Assembly (NCBI RefSeq): GCF_000010065.1
Contig: NC_006576.1
Span: 2,220,001-2,252,000, forward strand
Source: Synechococcus elongatus PCC 6301
GTDB taxonomy: Bacteria; Cyanobacteriota; Cyanobacteriia; Synechococcales; Synechococcaceae
Direction of reading: 5' to 3'
Length of the DNA: 32,000 nucleotides
Below are positions 26,850 through 32,000 of this stretch, in pieces. Under the pieces are notes generated by a model that did not search any database, was not told where the DNA came from, and worked only from the letters and a program-made list of their open reading frames with translations. How positions within the stretch are numbered: position 1 is the first letter of the stretch; the number at the start of each line of letters is the position of its first letter. Made by a program: the position numbers and the translations under genes.

Positions 26850-29072
26850 ATGAGCGATCGCCCGCAGCCGGCACCCACCGTCCTGAAACGCCTGACCCAA
26901 TTGGCAACGCAGGTTCAGCGACGGGCCAAGTTTGATAATCTCAACCTGCGTGACTCTGACTCAGTTCCCCAATTGACGGTCTGTCAGGGAGACCGCCGGC
27001 AGTCTTATCCGCTGCTTGGGGACTATTACCGCCTGGGCCGAGGCCGTGACTGTGACATCCCGATTGATAGCCCGATCGTCAGCAAGCTTCACCTCAGCCT
27101 CGGTCGCTCGGGCAAAGAGCGCGGTGACTTTGTCCTGCAAGACGAAAACTCGACCAACGGCGTCTTTTGGCGGGGCCGCCGTGTCGATCGCTTGGAATTA
27201 CAGCATGGCGATCGCATCTACCTGGGGCCACCAGAGCTGACCGATCGCGTTGAGCTGCTCTGTGAAAACGCTCCTCCTCTCTGGCAGGACTGGCTGAAAC
27301 GAGGGGTGACTATCACTACAGCTGTGGTCGGAGCGATCGCGATCGGCATTACCCTCGAGGCCAGCCGAGTCTCCGTGCGATCGCTGGGGACGGTGCAAGG
27401 ACCGATCGCTGCCTATGCCGCTGATGGCGAGCCCCTACAAACTCTGCGCAGTAGTAGCCACGTCGAATTACCGGCCCTCTCAGATTTTTCGCCCGTTCTC
27501 CCCAAAGCCCTGCTTGCCTCCGAAGACAGTCGCTTCTACTGGCATCTGGGTATCGATCCCTACGGCACGGCGCGTGCGATTCTGACTAACTTCCGCAGTG
27601 GCGAAGTTCGCGAAGGCGCCAGCACCCTCACCCAGCAGATTGCTCGCAGCCTATTTAGCGACTACGTCGGGCGTGAGGACTCGATTGGTCGCAAAGTCCG
27701 CGAAGCGATCCTGGCGCTGAAGCTGGAGTTTTTTTACAGCAAGGATGAGCTGCTGCGCACCTACCTCAACCGGGTTTACCTTGGGGTCGGCTATGGCTTT
27801 GAAGACGCTGCCCAGATTTACTTTGGCAAGTCTGCCCGTGATCTCTCGACCTCCGAAGCGGCGCTGTTGGTGGGACTCTTGCCCTCCCCCAATGGATTTA
27901 GCCCCTGCACCAACCTCGCTGCTGCCCAGCGCCAAAAAAATGGTGTGATTGAACGGATGCAGTCCCTCGGTTTGATCAGCGAAGAGGAGGCCCGCACGGC
28001 GCGGCGATCGCCGGTGACAATTAAGCCGGAGGCTTGCCAAACCAGCAGCCGAGTCACCGCCCCCTATTACTACGGCGCCGTGGTTGAGGAACTGGCTCAA
28101 TTAGTGGGTGACACAGTCGTTGAAGAAGGCAACTTTGCCGTTGAGACCAGCCTCAATCCTGCGATGCAAACTGCGGCTGAACAATCTCTGCAGTCGCTCT
28201 TGGCACAAACAGCCGGTGTCAAACAAGGGGCGATCGTCACGATTGACAGTCGTAATGGCGAAATCCGAGCCCTCGTCGGTGGGGTCGATTACCAAGCGAG
28301 TCAGTTCGATCGCGCCACCCAGGCCTATCGTCAGCCGGGTTCGACCTTCAAAGTCTTTGCCTATGCAGCAGCCCTAGAACAAGGCATTTCGGCCGGACGA
28401 CCCTACGATTGCTCGCCTCTTGTCTGGCAAGGTCAGCAATTTCGGGGCTGTGAACGCAGCAGTGGCAGCATTGACCTCGCCCGCGCCTTGGCTCAATCCG
28501 AAAATGCGGTGGCTCTGCGCGTCGCCCGCGAGGTGGGGCTGGATGCCGTTGTGCAGATGGCCCGCAAGTTTGGCATTAAAGCGGATCTACAACCCGTCCC
28601 CGGCCTGGTATTGGGGCAAAGTGAGGTGACATTGCTGGAAATGACCAGCGCCTTTGCTGCGATCGCCAACGAAGGGCGTTGGAACCCGCCCCATGCCATC
28701 CGCCGCATCTACGACAGCAGCCGTTGCACCACTGCGGAGCAACGTCGGAGTTGCACCCTTACCTTTGATGTCCAGCAGCAACCCCGCCGCGATCGCGTTG
28801 TGATTTCAGCCGCGACGGCTGCGACCCTAACGGCCATGCTGCAACAGGCGGTGAGTAGTGGGACTGGCGGAGCCGCTGCGATCGGCTATGGAGCAGCGGG
28901 CAAAACTGGTACGACGAATGATGGCGTTGATCTTTGGTTTGTGGGCTTTGTGCCCTCTCGCCACCTGGTCACTGGCGTTTGGCTCGGCAACGACGACAAC
29001 CAGCCGACCGGTAACAGTAGCAGCTTGGCAGCCCAGCTTTGGGGCGACTACATGGCCCGAATACTGCGCTGA
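26850..29072 (+). CDS. Class A penicillin-binding protein (PBP1-type) with N-terminal FHA domain
   Basis: FHA: LGRGRDCDIPIDSPIVSKLHLSL...DENSTNGVFWRGRRV. Glycosyltransferase: EDSRFYWHLGIDPYGTARAI, EGASTLTQQIARSLF. Transpeptidase: GSTFK, SENA, GKTGTTND. Confidence 0.95.
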   Translation: MSDRPQPAPTVLKRLTQLATQVQRRAKFDNLNLRDSDSVPQLTVCQGDRRQSYPLLGDYYRLGRGRDCDIPIDSPIVSKLHLSLGRSGKERGDFVLQDENSTNGVFWRGRRVDRLELQHGDRIYLGPPELTDRVELLCENAPPLWQDWLKRGVTITTAVVGAIAIGITLEASRVSVRSLGTVQGPIAAYAADGEPLQTLRSSSHVELPALSDFSPVLPKALLASEDSRFYWHLGIDPYGTARAILTNFRSGEVREGASTLTQQIARSLFSDYVGREDSIGRKVREAILALKLEFFYSKDELLRTYLNRVYLGVGYGFEDAAQIYFGKSARDLSTSEAALLVGLLPSPNGFSPCTNLAAAQRQKNGVIERMQSLGLISEEEARTARRSPVTIKPEACQTSSRVTAPYYYGAVVEELAQLVGDTVVEEGNFAVETSLNPAMQTAAEQSLQSLLAQTAGVKQGAIVTIDSRNGEIRALVGGVDYQASQFDRATQAYRQPGSTFKVFAYAAALEQGISAGRPYDCSPLVWQGQQFRGCERSSGSIDLARALAQSENAVALRVAREVGLDAVVQMARKFGIKADLQPVPGLVLGQSEVTLLEMTSAFAAIANEGRWNPPHAIRRIYDSSRCTTAEQRRSCTLTFDVQQQPRRDRVVISAATAATLTAMLQQAVSSGTGGAAAIGYGAAGKTGTTNDGVDLWFVGFVPSRHLVTGVWLGNDDNQPTGNSSSLAAQLWGDYMARILR

Positions 29073-29099
29073 AACCCGCTCTGGCAGCCAAATTGTGAC

Positions 29100-29134
29100 G
29101 AGAGTGAAATAATCTGGCACTTTCAGTTTTTTTT
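29100..29134 (+). terminator. Intrinsic terminator downstream of the FHA-PBP gene
   Basis: GAGAGTG...CACTTTC (7 bp with one G-T wobble) followed by AG and T8. Confidence 0.6.
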
Positions 29135-29294
29135 AACCTGACGTTCCCAGTTGCTCCGCTATTATTGGCGTGGTTTGTTCGGCAGCGCGCAGGTTACTTT
29201 GGTCGGCCCATCCGACCCAGCGTCTGAGAGGTTCAGGTTCAGAGTTTGCTTTCCGTTTTCCCGAACAGTCCGATTCTCGCTTTAGGATACGCAA

Positions 29295-29582
29295 GTGACG
29301 ATTTACGTTGGTAATCTTTCCTTCCGCGCGACCGAGGAAGATGTTCGGGAAGTGTTCGCAGAGTATGGCCCCGTTAGTCGGGTTAGCCTGCCTGTCGATC
29401 GTGAAACAGGTCGCCTCCGTGGCTTCGCTTTCATTGAAATGGAAGAAGATGCTCACGAAGATGCTGCTATCAGCGAGCTCGATGGCGCTGAGTGGTTTGG
29501 TCGCCAGCTGCGCGTCAGCAAAGCGCGTCCCAAAGATGATCGTCGTCCTGCCGCACGTAGCGGTGGCTACGCCGACAACTAA
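29295..29582 (+). CDS. RRM-type RNA-binding protein (cyanobacterial Rbp family)
   Basis: RNP2 IYVGNLSF, RNP1 RLRGFAFIEM; 95 aa with a short C-terminal tail; GTG start. Confidence 0.93.
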   Translation: MTIYVGNLSFRATEEDVREVFAEYGPVSRVSLPVDRETGRLRGFAFIEMEEDAHEDAAISELDGAEWFGRQLRVSKARPKDDRRPAARSGGYADN

Positions 29583-29617
29583 GCAATTGACTGTCTAAGT
29601 TAAATCTGTGTGTGAAG

Positions 29618-29645
29618 AGTCTGGGCAAGCGCTCAGGCTTTTTTG
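29618..29645 (+). terminator. Intrinsic terminator of the RRM gene
   Basis: AGTCTG-ggcaagcgct-CAGGCT stem (one T-G wobble) followed by a T run. Confidence 0.65.
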
Positions 29646-29886
29646 TTGGCAGGGTAGGTGCTCATTGAATGGCATGGAGCAGAGCAATAGGGACGCCTCG
29701 AGTTGAACTGATGGGATCCCACCCCACAGGCAGAGGCGGTGGTTGCCTCTAATCTCGATCTGTCAAGGCGACATAGTCCTGACCGGCTTAGAGACTGCTG
29801 CGGTATGTATAGTCTTGCCTCTCTGTCGACTGAAATTCGCGATCGCCCACTGAAATTGCTGGCATTGCCGCGACGCGAGTGCTGCT

Positions 29887-30474
29887 TTAGATTTGCTCCA
29901 GAAATTGAGTCTCTAGGGTTCGCAGCAGTTGTTCCACCACCTGCTGATCGGCTGGAGAAAAGGGAATGACTGCAGCACCGTAGTTGTCTGCGGTGAGTCT
30001 CGCTTGGCGATCGCACTTGCGGTTGATCAGCTCCACAATGCCGATGATGTCTTGGCGAGCTGTCTTGAGAGGCAGCACCAAGATCGACTGGGTGCGATAA
30101 CCCGTGGCGCTATCGACACGGGGCTGGAAGTGATAGGGCAACCCAAGGGGAAGCTGATAGACATCGGGAACATTCAGCACTTCGCCAGTAGTCGCCACGT
30201 AGCCCGCCAAACTATTGCGCAGGATCGGCAGTGGATTGCCCTGGAGTTGAATATCTGGCTGGGAGAAGTTACGGGCCAAACTGCAGATCAGCTCGGGTCC
30301 CCGTAAGTCCCAACGCAGCTGGAAGATACTGCCTGCATCCGCTTGGGTCAACGCGATCGCCGTATCCAGAAACAGGCTGAGGGCAGCATCCGTGCTGTGT
30401 AGAGCGATCAGGGATTCCCGAAACTGAGTCAGTGGGTTTTCGGCGGGATTGAGAGGGAGCGTCATCGCAGGCAT
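29887..30474 (-). CDS. GAF domain-containing protein
   Basis: FLDTAIALTQADAGSIFQL...SLAGYVATTGEVLNVPDVYQLP...TGYRTQSILVLPLKTARQDIIGIVELINRK. Confidence 0.87.
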   Translation of the reverse strand: MPAMTLPLNPAENPLTQFRESLIALHSTDAALSLFLDTAIALTQADAGSIFQLRWDLRGPELICSLARNFSQPDIQLQGNPLPILRNSLAGYVATTGEVLNVPDVYQLPLGLPYHFQPRVDSATGYRTQSILVLPLKTARQDIIGIVELINRKCDRQARLTADNYGAAVIPFSPADQQVVEQLLRTLETQFLEQI

Positions 30475-30608
30475 GAGGAAGGCGATCGCTGCGCTCAGTC
30501 GAGGAGGCGCAAGCAGTCGCAGCTTACCGCCAGCGGCGAGAAATCGCAGTAGGGATCAGGCTTAGGGACTGACTGGGCAGAAAAAGATTAAGAAAAACGT
30601 CACAGAAC

Positions 30609-30626
30609 TTTACGTTGTGTTACACT
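30609..30626 (+). promoter_or_regulatory. HLR1-like element upstream of the high-light-inducible gene
   Basis: TTTACGTT-GT-GTTACACT compared with the HLR1 consensus (G/T)TTACA(T/A)(T/A)NN(G/T)TTACA(T/A)(T/A): 14 of 16 specified positions match, about 33 nt upstream of the ATG. Confidence 0.6.
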
Positions 30627-30659
30627 TCAAACAGAACAACCAACCAAAAGGAATTCATT

Positions 30660-30878
30660 ATGCGTAGCGGACGGACAGTTGACGAATTCGGTCGTCAGAA
30701 TAATTTCGCCATCGAACCTCAAGTGGTTGTTGCTGAAGCAGACGCATCCTGGGGCTTCCATGACCGCGCCGAGAAACTGAATGGTCGCCTGGCGATGATC
30801 GGCTTTGTGGCTTTGATCCTGACTGAAGTTGCTTTGGGTCAAGGCCTGCTGCCTTTCCTCGCGAGCGGCTTGAGCTAA
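30660..30878 (+). CDS. High-light-inducible protein (single-helix Hlip/CAB-like)
   Basis: [46 protein letters not shown], the chlorophyll-binding ELNGR-type Hlip motif. Start at the internal Met [11 protein letters not shown]. Confidence 0.93.
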
Positions 30879-31062
30879 TTCAGTAGCAGTCAACAACTTA
30901 AGATGATGAGTAGGGGCTTGCTGAAGTATCGGCAGGCCTCTATGATTTCGGCTCAGTACCCTTTTGCCATTAGGGGCTTGGAGCTAAAGCAGTTACAGCG
31001 GTAGCTCCAGACGATTCATCGACGGAAAAGGCGGCTCATCATTCACTGCTGCCCGAGGCACC

Positions 31063-31413
31063 ATGGATTGGGATATCCAAATCATCAAGCACTACAGCTC
31101 GACGTCACATTCACGACTACTCAACCAACTGAAGCGCGAACTGCGCGATAACCCCTTACCCCGCCGGGCTCCTACGGCGGCGGCTAACCCGGCCAACGCC
31201 ATGGAACCGCCGCTGCGGATGCCAGCCAAGGGGGGTAACAATCGCCGATTCCGCTATGTTCCTCTGGGTCAAACCGACTCGCGATCGAGTGGTGGTCAGG
31301 CTCAGTCATCCCGTCCCTCGACGAATACTGGAACTGACCCTCGTTACACGACTCCTAGCCCAGCGCCCCAAACCAGCTTTCGCGACCGTCTGCAGGCGGT
31401 AGAAGTGCGCTAG
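31063..31413 (+). CDS. Hypothetical protein
   Basis: 116 aa [32 protein letters not shown]...; Ser/Pro/Thr-rich C-terminus; no family recognised. Confidence 0.5.
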   Translation: MDWDIQIIKHYSSTSHSRLLNQLKRELRDNPLPRRAPTAAANPANAMEPPLRMPAKGGNNRRFRYVPLGQTDSRSSGGQAQSSRPSTNTGTDPRYTTPSPAPQTSFRDRLQAVEVR

Positions 31414-31468
31414 GACAAGACGCGATCGCGGCGGTGATAGCGTAGAGAAGTTATCCAGCCTGAGGCTC

Positions 31469-32000
31469 ATGGCTCCTCTGTCTCTGTCGCTGCCGCTTGA
31501 TCAACTCCGTTTTGACGAGCGAGGACTCCTGCCAGCGATCGCCCAAGATTACTTGGACGGCACCGTGTTGATGTTGGCCTGGATGAATCGAGAGGCGTTA
31601 GAGAAAACGCTAGAAACGGGCGAGGTTTGGTATTGGAGCCGATCGCGTCAGGAACTGTGGCACAAGGGTGCGACTTCCGGCCATTTTCAGAAATTACAAG
31701 CGATTCGCTACGACTGTGACAGTGATGCCCTGCTGCTGACGATCGAGCAGATTGGAGACATTGCTTGTCACACCGGTGAGCGTAGCTGCTTCCATCGCGA
31801 TGTAGACGTTGTGACGCCACCACCTGCCGATATCCTCACGGAGGTCTATCGGGTTGTTTGCGATCGCCGCGATCGCCCCAGCGAAGCTTCCTATACCAGC
31901 AAGCTATTTGCGGGTGGCGACAATAAAATCCTCAAAAAAATTGGTGAGGAAGCCGCTGAAGTGGTGATGGCCTGCAAAGACGATGACGCCGATGGTCTAG
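31469..32000 (+). CDS. hisIE: Bifunctional phosphoribosyl-AMP cyclohydrolase / phosphoribosyl-ATP pyrophosphatase (truncated by window edge)
   Basis: Manual translation [72 protein letters not shown]...[13 protein letters not shown]...[32 protein letters not shown]. Runs off the right edge. Confidence 0.93.
   Translation, partial: MAPLSLSLPLDQLRFDERGLLPAIAQDYLDGTVLMLAWMNREALEKTLETGEVWYWSRSRQELWHKGATSGHFQKLQAIRYDCDSDALLLTIEQIGDIACHTGERSCFHRDVDVVTPPPADILTEVYRVVCDRRDRPSEASYTSKLFAGGDNKILKKIGEEAAEVVMACKDDDADGL

Noticed and set aside
29732-29750. Small hairpin AGAGGC-GGTGGTT-GCCTCT after the RRM gene
   Set aside because: Only 6 bp, no T tract, and the RRM gene already has a better terminator at 29618-29645; too weak to call an sRNA or terminator.
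1-32000. Search by eye for CRISPR arrays, transposases, integrases, toxin-antitoxin pairs, restriction systems or retrons
   Set aside because: None found. Every substantial ORF with motifs fits core or conserved cyanobacterial functions, so I do not claim a defence or mobile system.

Overview
The window looks like an ordinary stretch of cyanobacterial chromosome. The photosynthesis genes (psbX, psbV, hli, ycf66), the very frequent GCGATCGC (HIP1) palindrome and the overall gene content suggest Synechococcus elongatus or a close relative; this is an inference and no search was run. Left to right it holds: (1) a tightly packed minus-strand polysaccharide cluster (two GT4-type glycosyltransferases, a WcaJ-like sugar-phosphate transferase and a GT2); (2) a DUF72 gene; (3) the rimP-nusA-ylxR-infB translation/transcription cluster; (4) a low-complexity-tail membrane protein, a DUF3493 protein, tRNA-Thr(CGU), a YggT-family gene, psbX and ycf66; (5) a pair of tandem paralogous half-size TolB-like propeller ORFs, convergent with a SpoIID/LytB-like gene; (6) RNase Z, psbV, a hook-less Rad50/SbcC-like ATPase and a flavin reductase; (7) coaD plus a DivIVA-like (cdv3-type) gene, an ECF sigma/anti-sigma pair and a CHRD protein; (8) minC, an FHA-PBP1 fusion, an RRM protein, a GAF protein, a high-light-inducible protein and the 5' part of hisIE. 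I saw no mobile element, CRISPR array, phage, or recognisable defence or biosynthetic island. There is no strong evidence for a wholly new system. The best leads are the tandem half-propeller pair, the FHA-PBP fusion near division genes, the hook-less SbcC-like protein, the RNase Z C-terminal extension, the structured rbp leader and the HLR1-like site at the hli gene.
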